In this document: positions 1 through 7,230 of the stretch, one piece after another
Layout of the letters: the number at the start of each line of letters is the position of its first letter
Position numbering within the stretch: the first letter of the stretch is position 1
IMG/VR virus record: IMGVR_UViG_3300037311_000229
Location: 1 to 27,817 of that record
Source of the DNA: a virus
Lineage: Duplodnaviria; Caudoviricetes
Direction: 5' to 3' (one strand)
Length of the DNA: 27,817 nucleotides
Notes under the pieces: model-generated
What the model saw: only the letters and a program-made list of their open reading frames with translations
Told to the model about the DNA's origin: nothing
The model's database searches: none
Translations under genes and position numbers: made by a program

Positions 1-74
1 GTCTTCGCCTTCTGGATCGCGCCCCGCGACAAGCCGACATGGGACGCGTACTGGCGCTCGCTCATGCCCTGCAT
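1..74 (-). CDS. Putative terminase small subunit (Nu1-like HTH), N-terminus only, runs off the window
   Basis: Manual translation from ATG 74: MQGMSERQYASHVGLSRGAIQKAK.., with GGAG RBS upstream. Resembles the HTH start of the proteins that precede GpA-type terminase in alphaproteobacterial prophages. Not in the ORF track. Confidence 0.7.
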   Translation of the reverse strand, partial: MQGMSERQYASHVGLSRGAIQKAK

Positions 75-84
75 GTCCGCTCCG

Positions 85-99
85 AAAACATAATGTTTT
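85..99. promoter_or_regulatory. AT-rich palindrome in divergent intergenic region
   Basis: AAAACAT-A-ATGTTTT, perfect 7-bp inverted repeat between the terS-like gene and the + strand 73-aa gene. Confidence 0.4.
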
Positions 100-169
100 G
101 ATGCACTTATTGCCTTGATAAGCGCGCCGGACAGAGCCTGTATGGGGTCACGAACCAAGGAGATTTCCG

Positions 170-391
170 ATGACCCGCCAAGCCAAGAACGCCCAGGCCC
201 TCGACGCCTTCATCGCCCGCAAGGTCGAGATCGACGCCATGCTGGCGCGGCTTGCCGCCCTGAGTGACGAGCATTTCGATGTTCATCCCGATGAGGTGCA
301 TTGGGGCCATGTCGGAACGCTCGCCCACTACGCCGAACTCCTGAAGCGCATCACCGACAGCGCCTTCCGCGAGGGCGAACACGCCGAATGA
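170..391 (+). CDS. Conserved phage hypothetical protein, 73 aa
   Basis: AAGGAG RBS, strong GC3 bias; the 'LDAFIARK..IDAMLARL...VHWGHVG' type usually accompanies DUF3489. Confidence 0.85.
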   Translation: MTRQAKNAQALDAFIARKVEIDAMLARLAALSDEHFDVHPDEVHWGHVGTLAHYAELLKRITDSAFREGEHAE

Positions 392-410
392 TCCGGACGG
401 CCTCCGCGCC

Positions 411-465
411 AGCCCCGCGATTGCGGGGCTTGGCCTCGTGGAAGCGCCGCGATGGTCGCGCCGCT
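411..465 (+). other. Two tandem GC-rich hairpins in the DUF3489 leader
   Basis: AGCCCCGC-GATT-GCGGGGCT (411-430) and AGCGCCGCGA-TGG-TCGCGCCGCT (443-465, one mismatch), just before the GGAGG RBS. Confidence 0.4.
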
Positions 466-483
466 CTCGAACCGGAGGTTCCG

Positions 484-1044
484 ATGACCCAGCTTTCCGA
501 CACCCAAGCCATCATCCTGAGCGCTGCTGCGCAGCGTTCCGAGCGCATCGCGCTGCCACTGCCCGACAGCTTGCGGGGTGGCGCTGCCGCCAAGGTCGTC
601 AGCACGATGATCGCGAAGGGCCTGCTGCAGGAGGTCGAAGTCAACGCACGACGCGGCGAACCGGTCTGGCGCGAAACCGGCGACGGCCACGGCACGACGC
701 TGGTCGCCACCGACGCGGGCCTTGCCGCAATCGGCATCGAGCCGGATGATGCCGACACTGCGCGCCCGAGTGGGACAGAAGCGCCGCCGCAGGATCCCGC
801 TCAGGATGGCGACGCCAAAGCCGCACATTCGACGCGCACGCCGCGCGCAGGGACCAAGCAGGCGGCGCTGATCGCCATGCTGCGTGCGCCGGACGGCGCG
901 ACCATCGAGGAGATCACCACCGCCACCGGCTGGCAGGCCCACACGGTGCGCGGCGCGATCGCCGGAGCGCTCAAGAAGAAGCTCGGTCTAGACGTGACCT
1001 CGGAGAAGGTCGAGGGGCGCGGTCGGATTTACCGGATCGCCTGA
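484..1044 (+). CDS. DUF3489-domain (winged-helix) protein, 186 aa
   Basis: True start ATG 484 after GGAGG. C-terminal 'TKQAALIAMLRAPDGATIEEI..ATGWQAHTVRGAIAGALKKKLGL' signature. Confidence 0.9.
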   Translation: MTQLSDTQAIILSAAAQRSERIALPLPDSLRGGAAAKVVSTMIAKGLLQEVEVNARRGEPVWRETGDGHGTTLVATDAGLAAIGIEPDDADTARPSGTEAPPQDPAQDGDAKAAHSTRTPRAGTKQAALIAMLRAPDGATIEEITTATGWQAHTVRGAIAGALKKKLGLDVTSEKVEGRGRIYRIA

Positions 1045-1068
1045 CAAGCTGGACCTCAGACGGTCGGG

Positions 1069-1782
1069 TTAGGTCAACTTCACCCGGCCGTCCTTGATCC
1101 TGTTGCGGGATGACTGTGCGAGATTGATCGCACTTTTCACGATATCAAGCTTCGCAACCCGCGAGTGATAGCCACGAAATGCTTCAGCCAAGACCTTATC
1201 GGTCACTTCCGGCGATACTTGCTCGTCTCGCCCAGAGGTGATCGGCACCTGATCGAGACTCATCCCGCGCCCTTCAAGGAAGGTCGTGACGATGACTTCG
1301 AAGGTCATTGGTGGCCGATGGTCCATGTGCGCTTCATCGCGCAGGATCCTTTCGCCTGTCACGGCGCACGAGACTTTGCCGTCGTCACCGCGATGATCGG
1401 AAAAGAACTTGTCCCGGGCCGCATAAAGATCGAGCTGAACGACTCGACGAAAAGCGGCAGAAACCTCTTGCTTCCGCGTAGGAGGGCGTTGGGTGATGCA
1501 GTGCCGATAGGAAAAGTCGGTGCCGGAGCCATCAATGCGGACGATCCGAAAGCAGTTCGTACCATGCTCGGTCGCCATCACTTCAAAATGGGCAACCCCC
1601 TTGCCAACCTTCTGTGCATATTCATCATGACGCTCCAACAAGGCAGATAGGTCGAGAGCGTCATCGTCCGAAACTCTATCGCCAGGCCTGTAGCGACCCA
1701 GCATTGCTCGAAAATGATCAATCGCCTTCGACTGATTTTCGAAGCTGCGTGTAGCGATTTCTACGGGTTTCCCACGAGTCAT
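1069..1782 (-). CDS. DCL/DUF3223-family protein with HNH-like C-terminal region, 237 aa (cargo gene)
   Basis: Start MTRGKPVEI at ATG 1782; the ORF-track extension overlaps another gene. 'LLERH..Y..KVG.GV..F....CFRIVRIDGSGTDFSYRHC' is DUF3223-like. Visibly lower GC than its flanks. Confidence 0.8.
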   Translation of the reverse strand: MTRGKPVEIATRSFENQSKAIDHFRAMLGRYRPGDRVSDDDALDLSALLERHDEYAQKVGKGVAHFEVMATEHGTNCFRIVRIDGSGTDFSYRHCITQRPPTRKQEVSAAFRRVVQLDLYAARDKFFSDHRGDDGKVSCAVTGERILRDEAHMDHRPPMTFEVIVTTFLEGRGMSLDQVPITSGRDEQVSPEVTDKVLAEAFRGYHSRVAKLDIVKSAINLAQSSRNRIKDGRVKLT

Positions 1783-1856
1783 GATCAATCTTTCGAGTTC
1801 AGGTGACCAGTATAGCCGTTCTCGAAGATCGACGCTGGCTCTTGCGTTTTGGAAGT

Positions 1857-2072
1857 TTACCTGTCCAGCAAGGCTTCGAACAGCCGTCGCAGGGCGAATG
1901 ACCGGGCGATGCTCACCACGGTGAAGATCGCCCCGATCATTAGGTTCTTCGCAAGTGTCGTGTGTAGCCCGAACATAGGAAAGACGAGCAACTGGGTGAG
2001 CACCGCGACGCCGTAGCCGACCACGACATTGGCTGTGGCTTCGATCAGCGACATGGCGCGCGACTGCTTCAT
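1857..2072 (-). CDS. Small two-TM membrane protein, 71 aa
   Basis: GAGGCGG RBS, two hydrophobic segments, basic C-terminus; ATGA-coupled to the stop of the 399-aa ORF. Confidence 0.85.
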   Translation of the reverse strand: MKQSRAMSLIEATANVVVGYGVAVLTQLLVFPMFGLHTTLAKNLMIGAIFTVVSIARSFALRRLFEALLDR

Positions 2073-3268
2073 GCCACCGCCTCATCCGTCGGCCAGCAAT
2101 TCAGCCGCGAGAGTTCTGAGCGCATGCGCCGCAACCAGCGGCACCACGCCGTTGCCACAGAGGCGAAGCCGGTCCACCCGGTGGGCCAGCCCATCAGCGC
2201 CTCGACGAACAGCGGGTTCAAGGTCCGGCGCACATCGGAGGTATCGCTCCCAGCCGTCGGCGTCACCAGGACCTGGCGGCCAAGCAGGCCGTTCACCGGC
2301 GTGTTGGCCAGACTGGTCGCGCCGTCCTTGTGATCGCGCGCCGTCGGCGTCATCCACATTCCCGCTGCATGGGTCAGATCGGCCGTCCGGCGGTTGCCCG
2401 CGCTCGGCTTGCAGCCATCGGTCGCCATCGGCGTCGGCCAGTCCCGCGCCATGCGGTCCAGACCCTTCTCGTCGCGCCGCTCGCCACCCCGGCTGCGGAA
2501 ACTGTCGGTCTGCGGCGTCGGCCAGAGTGCCGCCGTCGTTGCGAGATTCATCCCGTGCTGACCGGCTTCCTGCGAAGGCGTCGGCTTCATCTGACGGTTC
2601 TCGTTGGCGCTGGCGCGAGGGGTCGGCCAGAGCCGCAGCAGTTCCGTCCGGTTCCCGCCACTCGAACGGGTCCCGGAGCAGGCGCGCGGGGTCGGCCAGT
2701 TCGTCTCCTTCGCGGACGGCGAGGATGAACAGGCGCTCCCGCCTGTGGGGCGCGCTGACTTCCGCCGCCGTGAAGAGGCCTGCCGCAAGGCGGTAGCCCA
2801 TGCCGACCAGTCCTGCGGCGACTTCGGGGAAGCCCAGGCGGAGATGATGGGCGACATTCTCAAGAAAGACGAAGGGCGGCTCGATTTCGCCGATGATGCG
2901 GGCGACATGTGGCCAGAGGTGGCGCGGATCGTCCGCGCCCCGGCGCTTGCCCGCGACGGAGAACGGCTGGCACGGATAGCCTGCAGAGACGATGTCCACC
3001 GCGCCGCGCCATGGTTTGCCATCGAAACTGGCAACGTCGTCCCAGACAGGCGCGCGATCCAGGGACGCGTCTTCCATCCGCGCCACGATAATGGCTGCGG
3101 CGAAGGTTTCCCGTTCGACATGGCCCACAGCACGATATCCGGGCAGTGCGATGGTGAGCCCGAGGTCGATGCCACCAGCGCCGGAGCAGAGGGACAAGCC
3201 GAAAAGGCACGCGTCTCCGGCTCCGGAAGCATCTCCGGAGGGATGTAGAGCCAGGTCATGCATGTCAC
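2069..3268 (-). CDS. Overlapping +1-frame ORF: putative MTase beta subunit (WPTP repeats + motif IX)
   Basis: Open for 399 codons over the whole alpha gene. Six W/LxTP repeats, then LNPLFVEALMGWPTGWT (motif IX-like). GTGA-coupled upstream, ATGA-coupled downstream. Real start uncertain (3268, 3259 or internal). Confidence 0.7.
   Translation of the reverse strand: MTCMTWLYIPPEMLPEPETRAFSACPSAPALVASTSGSPSHCPDIVLWAMSNGKPSPQPLSWRGWKTRPWIARLSGTTLPVSMANHGAARWTSSLQAIRASRSPSRASAGARTIRATSGHMSPASSAKSSRPSSFLRMSPIISAWASPKSPQDWSAWATALRQASSRRRKSARPTGGSACSSSPSAKETNWPTPRACSGTRSSGGNRTELLRLWPTPRASANENRQMKPTPSQEAGQHGMNLATTAALWPTPQTDSFRSRGGERRDEKGLDRMARDWPTPMATDGCKPSAGNRRTADLTHAAGMWMTPTARDHKDGATSLANTPVNGLLGRQVLVTPTAGSDTSDVRRTLNPLFVEALMGWPTGWTGFASVATAWCRWLRRMRSELSRLNCWPTDEAVA
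2082..3263 (-). CDS. C5-cytosine DNA methyltransferase, catalytic (alpha) frame; lacks motif IX
   Basis: Motif I LCSGAGG, IV GYPCQPFS, VI FLENV, VIII HRRERLFI, X RLCGNGVVP. Confidence 0.9.
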   Translation of the reverse strand: MHDLALHPSGDASGAGDACLFGLSLCSGAGGIDLGLTIALPGYRAVGHVERETFAAAIIVARMEDASLDRAPVWDDVASFDGKPWRGAVDIVSAGYPCQPFSVAGKRRGADDPRHLWPHVARIIGEIEPPFVFLENVAHHLRLGFPEVAAGLVGMGYRLAAGLFTAAEVSAPHRRERLFILAVREGDELADPARLLRDPFEWREPDGTAAALADPSRQRQREPSDEADAFAGSRSARDESRNDGGTLADAADRQFPQPGWRAARREGSGPHGAGLADADGDRWLQAERGQPPDGRSDPCSGNVDDADGARSQGRRDQSGQHAGERPAWPPGPGDADGWERYLRCAPDLEPAVRRGADGLAHRVDRLRLCGNGVVPLVAAHALRTLAAELLADG

Positions 3269-4632
3269 GCGGCGGATTTGCGGTTTCGCGCGGGTTCAGG
3301 AGAGGCGTCGGTGTCGGATGTATCGGGCAGACTTCCAGCTACTTCGCCCAGCCGCTCTGCCTTCACCTGCGCAAAGGTCCGTCCGTCGCCGTCGAGGATC
3401 GCCTCGCGCCCGGTGTCGGCCTGCCAGCGCTCGATGGCGACATCGACGTAAGATCCGCTGATCTCCATCGCGAAGACACGGCGGCCATTGGCTTCGCCCG
3501 CCATGATCTGCGAACCCGAACCGGAAAACGGCTCGTAGCAAAGTCCGCCCCGCGTCACATGCTGGCGCATCGGGATCCCGAAGGCATCGAGCGGTTTCGG
3601 CGTCGGGTGATCGGGCCGATCGTCCTTGGCGAAACTCGGCAGCGCCCATGTCGAGGGGAGCGTTTCCTCGGCCACCTTCGGCGGGCGCTTGCCCTTGATC
3701 CAGCCCATGAAGCAGGGCTCGTGCTTCCAGAGGTAGTGCGACCGGGTCAGAACCCCGCGGTCCTTCACCCAGATGATCTGCTGATGGACGAACGCGCCCG
3801 CCTTCTCCCAGCAGGCTTCCAGCATCGCCTGGCGGCGCGAGGCGTGCCAGCAATACCAGGCGGCGTCTTCCGCGATCGCCTCGGCAACGGCCGCCGCGAT
3901 GAAGCCGTCGTAAAGCTCAGCCCCCTGTGAACTGTCGTCCCACGTGGTGCCGTAAGATGCCGACCAGTCCTTGTTGCGGGTCGGATGGTTCGAGCCGTCG
4001 TAGTCGACGAGATAGGGCGGGTCGGTGGCGAACAGGATGGCCCGCTCGCCATTCATCAGGCGGCGAACATCGGCGGCGTTGGTGCTGTCGCCGCAGAGCA
4101 GCCGGTGATCGCCCAGCAGCCATAGATCGCCGAGACGAGAGGCTGGATTGCGCGGCGGTTCCGGGATCACGACGGGGGCGACGCCCGCGCCGTCGGATGC
4201 CTCGTCGCCCGGTTCCAGCGCGAGCAGCCGGTCGAGCTCGCCATCGGAGAAGCCGATCAGCGAGAGGTCGAATTCATCGGCGACGAGTTCTTGCAGTTCG
4301 CCGGAAAGCAGCGCTTCGTCCCAGGCCCCGAGTTCGGTCAGCTTGTTATCGGCGATGCGATAGGCGCGACGCTGCGCTTCGGTCAGATGGTCGAGCACGA
4401 TGACGGGCGCTTCGGTGAGGCCGAGCTGCGCAGCAGCCATGATCCGGCCATGGCCGGCAATAACCTCGCCATCGCTCGACACCAGCACCGGGACGGTCCA
4501 GCCGAACTCCGCCATGCTGGCGGCGATCCTGGCGACCTGGTCCGCGCCATGGGTCTTGGCGTTGCGCGCATAGGGGCGCAGGCGGTCGAGCGGCCAGGTC
4601 TCGATCGCTTCGGGGGCGAAGCTGAGGGGCAT
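3265..4632 (-). CDS. ParB/Srx-domain fused N6-adenine/N4-cytosine DNA methyltransferase (beta class)
   Basis: N-terminal 'YARNAKTH..IAAS..EFGW..P..IAGHGR..AA..YRIADN'; DPPY precedes HPTPKP and EPFSGSGS. Confidence 0.93.
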   Translation of the reverse strand: MPLSFAPEAIETWPLDRLRPYARNAKTHGADQVARIAASMAEFGWTVPVLVSSDGEVIAGHGRIMAAAQLGLTEAPVIVLDHLTEAQRRAYRIADNKLTELGAWDEALLSGELQELVADEFDLSLIGFSDGELDRLLALEPGDEASDGAGVAPVVIPEPPRNPASRLGDLWLLGDHRLLCGDSTNAADVRRLMNGERAILFATDPPYLVDYDGSNHPTRNKDWSASYGTTWDDSSQGAELYDGFIAAAVAEAIAEDAAWYCWHASRRQAMLEACWEKAGAFVHQQIIWVKDRGVLTRSHYLWKHEPCFMGWIKGKRPPKVAEETLPSTWALPSFAKDDRPDHPTPKPLDAFGIPMRQHVTRGGLCYEPFSGSGSQIMAGEANGRRVFAMEISGSYVDVAIERWQADTGREAILDGDGRTFAQVKAERLGEVAGSLPDTSDTDASPEPARNRKSAA

Positions 4633-4671
4633 GATGTCCGGTTATGGCTGGGCGTGTCGCCGTCGATTGGC

Positions 4672-4791
4672 CGCTGGATGCCGGATGCCGCGCTCGACTC
4701 CGAGGAGGGTCCAGGCATGGCAAGCAACCACGCGGAAAAAAGCTTGTGTTCGTCGGGACTTCTAAGGGGCCGTGAAAGGCGCTGGACTCCG
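4672..4791. repeat. cosB-like repeats (candidate terminase small subunit sites)
   Basis: CGCTGGATGCCG 4672-4683, CGCTCGACTCCG 4691-4702, CGCTGGACTCCG 4780-4791, and a partial inverted copy GGGTCCAG 4707-4714. Confidence 0.45.
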
Positions 4792-4821
4792 GGTGGCTTC
4801 CCAAAAAATCCGGCCTGGCGC

Positions 4822-4875
4822 TAGCGACGTTTCGCGCCGCGCCCTCCCGCATAGGGTATCCGCCGGGAAGGAACC
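4822..4875 (-). other. Lambda-like cos site (cosQ-cosN)
   Basis: Minus strand GGTTCCT-TCCCGGCGGATACCCTATGCG-GGAGGGCGCGG-CGCGAAACGTCGCTA, compared with lambda as I recall it: GGGTCCT-TTCCGGTGATCCGACAGGTTACG-GGGCGGCGACCT-CGCGGGTTTTCGCTA. Confidence 0.6.
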
Positions 4876-4949
4876 AAACTCATCGGATGGGCCGCTTCGG
4901 ACGCGCCTCTCGCGAACATGCCACCGGGATACGCGAATTCGCCCTGTTC

Positions 4950-4987
4950 TGTCTCGCCGGGAAATGTCTCACTGAAAAATGTCTCAC
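4950..4987 (-). promoter_or_regulatory. Triple TGTCTC repeat, 15-bp period (candidate late-promoter activator site)
   Basis: TGTCTC at 4950, 4965 and 4980; AAATGTCTCAC exact at 4962-4972 and 4977-4987. Confidence 0.55.
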
Positions 4988-5043
4988 GAACCGTAAGGGG
5001 CTTGACAACCGATCGGCTGGCACAACCACACGCACCGCGCTAT

Positions 5044-5071
5044 GTAATACCTGAGATCAATCCGGTATTAC
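5044..5071 (+). promoter_or_regulatory. vapBC operator
   Basis: GTAATACC-N12-GGTATTAC perfect inverted repeat directly before the GAGG RBS of the antitoxin. Confidence 0.75.
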
Positions 5072-5081
5072 GAGGATCGCC

Positions 5082-5321
5082 ATGCCCGCTACCGTCACCA
5101 GCAAGGGACAGGTCACCATCCCCAAACCCATCCGGGATCGTCTCGGCATCAAACCGGGGACGAAGGTGACCTTCAATCTCGACAAGGATGGCCGCGCCTT
5201 CATCCAGGCCGAGGATGCAGGGCGACCGCTGACCAGTCGCTTCGAGCGCTTGCGTGGTACGGCCACGACGCGCCTCAGCACGGATGAGATCATGGCGCTT
5301 ACCCGCGGCGAGGCTGCTTGA
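5082..5321 (+). CDS. vapB: AbrB/MazE/SpoVT-family antitoxin
   Basis: 'ATVTSKGQVTIPKPIRDRLGIKPGTKV.F' swapped-hairpin signature; TGA overlaps the toxin start. Confidence 0.92.
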   Translation: MPATVTSKGQVTIPKPIRDRLGIKPGTKVTFNLDKDGRAFIQAEDAGRPLTSRFERLRGTATTRLSTDEIMALTRGEAA

Positions 5322-5719
5322 TCCTCGTCGACACCAATGTGCTGCTCGACATTGCAACGAACGATCCGAACTGGGCGGATTGGTCCATCGAACAGTTGGA
5401 CGCAGCTGCAGTGCGTGGTCCGGTGGTCCTCAATGCGGTGGTCTATTCGGAGTTCTCGGTCGGCTATGACCGGATCGAAGAGGTCGAACGCCTCCTGAAG
5501 GACGTAGACATCGGATGTGCTGATGTCCCACGCGAAGCTCTGTTTCTCGCTGGCAAGGCCTTTCAGCAATACCGCCGGCAGGGCGGGAGCAGAACGGGCG
5601 TCCTGCCTGACTTTTTCATCGGCGCGCATGCGGCAGTGTCGGGCATGACCCTGCTGACCCGCGATCCTGCGCGGTATCGGTCGTACTTCCCGAAGGTCGT
5701 CCTCATCTCGCCACCCTGA
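5318..5719 (+). CDS. vapC: PIN-domain toxin
   Basis: ILVDTNVLLD, VYSE, LPDFFIGAHA, LLTRD: conserved PIN acidic residues. TTG start. Confidence 0.93.
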   Translation: MILVDTNVLLDIATNDPNWADWSIEQLDAAAVRGPVVLNAVVYSEFSVGYDRIEEVERLLKDVDIGCADVPREALFLAGKAFQQYRRQGGSRTGVLPDFFIGAHAAVSGMTLLTRDPARYRSYFPKVVLISPP

Positions 5720-6143
5720 CGGCAGCGCGTTCAACCACGAACCGCTGTGAGCGCTTCGCGGGTGGCCGGCGTCCGTTGAGCCGCCACGCGATGACGCTGA
5801 GCGCGTATTCCCAGCGGCGGTGCGCCGTAGCGCGCGACAGGCCGAACCGCCAGCAGATGGGTTTCCACGGCGTACCCTCGGCCCGCGCCCAAACGAGCTT
5901 GGCGTCTTCCGGCTCCAGCCAGGCGAACCAGTCGAAGGTCTTTTCCATCCGGGAGATGGCGGCAGGCGACGGCGGGGGCCGGCGCGGTCGCGGGGGCTCC
6001 TGGCTGACGAGATCCGCGAACTCGTACACGACCTGCGGCCAGGTGCTGAAATACCCCTGACCTTTCGCATCAGGCAGGCGCTTCAGGACATCGGCCGCCT
6101 CGGCGAGACGCTCCTCCACCTGATCACGGGTCCAGACGTCCAT
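5703..6143 (-). CDS. DUF6362-like HTH protein (candidate late activator/antiterminator), 146 aa
   Basis: ATG 6143 after AGGAGG; 'VEERL.EAA..L..LP', 'WKPICWRFGLSRATAHRRWEYAL' sigma-region-4-like HTH; last gene of the replication operon. Confidence 0.8.
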   Translation of the reverse strand: MDVWTRDQVEERLAEAADVLKRLPDAKGQGYFSTWPQVVYEFADLVSQEPPRPRRPPPSPAAISRMEKTFDWFAWLEPEDAKLVWARAEGTPWKPICWRFGLSRATAHRRWEYALSVIAWRLNGRRPPAKRSQRFVVERAAVRVAR

Positions 6144-6327
6144 GCCGCGCCTCCTTTCTGTATCCGTAGAGCTTGTCTCCGAGTTGCCGCACGAGCTCAC
6201 GCTCGGGCCAAGACAGGCGCGGATCGGTCTCGCTGACCACGAGGACCTTCTGCTCGCGCCAGCCTTCGCGCTTGATCTCTTCCGGCGATCGCCGCTTGCC
6301 GCCGAAGCCGGGTGGCGCCCATCTCAT
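6124..6327 (-). CDS. Hypothetical protein, 67 aa
   Basis: ATG 6327 is ATGA-coupled to the RuvC-like gene, with a GGAGG RBS; MRWAPPGFGGKRRSPEEIKREGW.. Confidence 0.75.
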   Translation of the reverse strand: MRWAPPGFGGKRRSPEEIKREGWREQKVLVVSETDPRLSWPERELVRQLGDKLYGYRKEARHGRLDP

Positions 6328-6863
6328 CGCACGCCTCCCTTGGTCTCGATGGCCCAGAGGAGCAATGCGATGGCGTCGGCTTCGTTGTCGTCCTTCGGGT
6401 TGAAGCCTCGGACGCGCATCGCGGCAATCATCGCCACCTTGTCGGCGTTGCCCTTGGCTGTCGCGTGGCGCTTGATCGTGCCGACCGGTACGCCCTCGTA
6501 GGGCACGCCGCGCAGTTCGGCCCATGTGGTCAACGTGGCCATGAGCCCACCGTAGATGTGGCTCGCGTCGGTGCCCGCGTGGCGACGGACTTCCTCGAAC
6601 CAGATAGCGGCGACTGGTCCGCCCAACTGGTTGATCTCGGTCAGCCAGTTGGTGAAGCGCACGTAGCGCATGCCGCCGCCGTCGAAGCGGCCGGGGCGCA
6701 GCGAGACGGTGCCGCTGGTGATCAGGCCGTCATGACTGCGGATCGCCCAGCCTGTCGAGGTGCCGAGGTCGAGCGCGAGGATGGAATGGGTGCGTGGCGC
6801 GTCGAGCGGCAGCGATCCGAACCTTGCACATTCGGAATTCGGGATCAGAGTCGGCTGAGCCAT
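6324..6863 (-). CDS. RuvC-like Holliday junction resolvase, 179 aa
   Basis: ATG 6863 after AGGAG; ILALDLGTSTGWA, FEE, IKRHAT.KGNADK, DDNEADAIA acidic catalytic pattern. Confidence 0.85.
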   Translation of the reverse strand: MAQPTLIPNSECARFGSLPLDAPRTHSILALDLGTSTGWAIRSHDGLITSGTVSLRPGRFDGGGMRYVRFTNWLTEINQLGGPVAAIWFEEVRRHAGTDASHIYGGLMATLTTWAELRGVPYEGVPVGTIKRHATAKGNADKVAMIAAMRVRGFNPKDDNEADAIALLLWAIETKGGVR

Positions 6864-6993
6864 GACGGGTCTCCTTTGCCGGTGGCCTGTGGTGGTGGAA
6901 GACGACGGCGGTCTGGTGCTTGGCGGTACGGGGCCGCCGTCGTCGGATCGGGAAGCGCAGGGGAGCGTCACGGCGGCGCGCGCGACAGGCCCG

Positions 6994-7230
6994 TACGTAT
7001 GGGAGGAGTGGCCAACCCTGTGGGGTGGCCATCCCATACGTAGTATGGGGGTTTGACACCTAACTGTTCCGTGGAAGGCAAGTAGCTGAAATCATTGCCG
7101 AATAAGACTTCATGAAGTCTTCGGGCATGAGTTCGGGACCTAACTCTTGTTTTCGCGTAACCAGTTGATTTCATTAAGTGTGTGGTTGGCGCCGTCATAT
7201 GAGTCAGGCCTCACTCATATGAGTTAGGTC
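6994..7230. other. Putative replication origin (hairpins, iterons, IHF site)
   Basis: AT-richer tract right after the primase-helicase. 18-bp perfect palindrome 7104-7121; IHF consensus TAACCAGTTGATT 7158-7170; ACCTAACT x3; TCATATGAGT(C/T)AGG x2 at 20-bp period; long hairpin 6994-7042. Confidence 0.6.

Noticed and set aside
2252-2698. CRISPR-like or DGR-like repeat array
   Set aside because: Repeats are short, degenerate, codon-phased and irregularly spaced. No cas operon or reverse transcriptase; the Cas4-like nuclease is in a phage recombination context.
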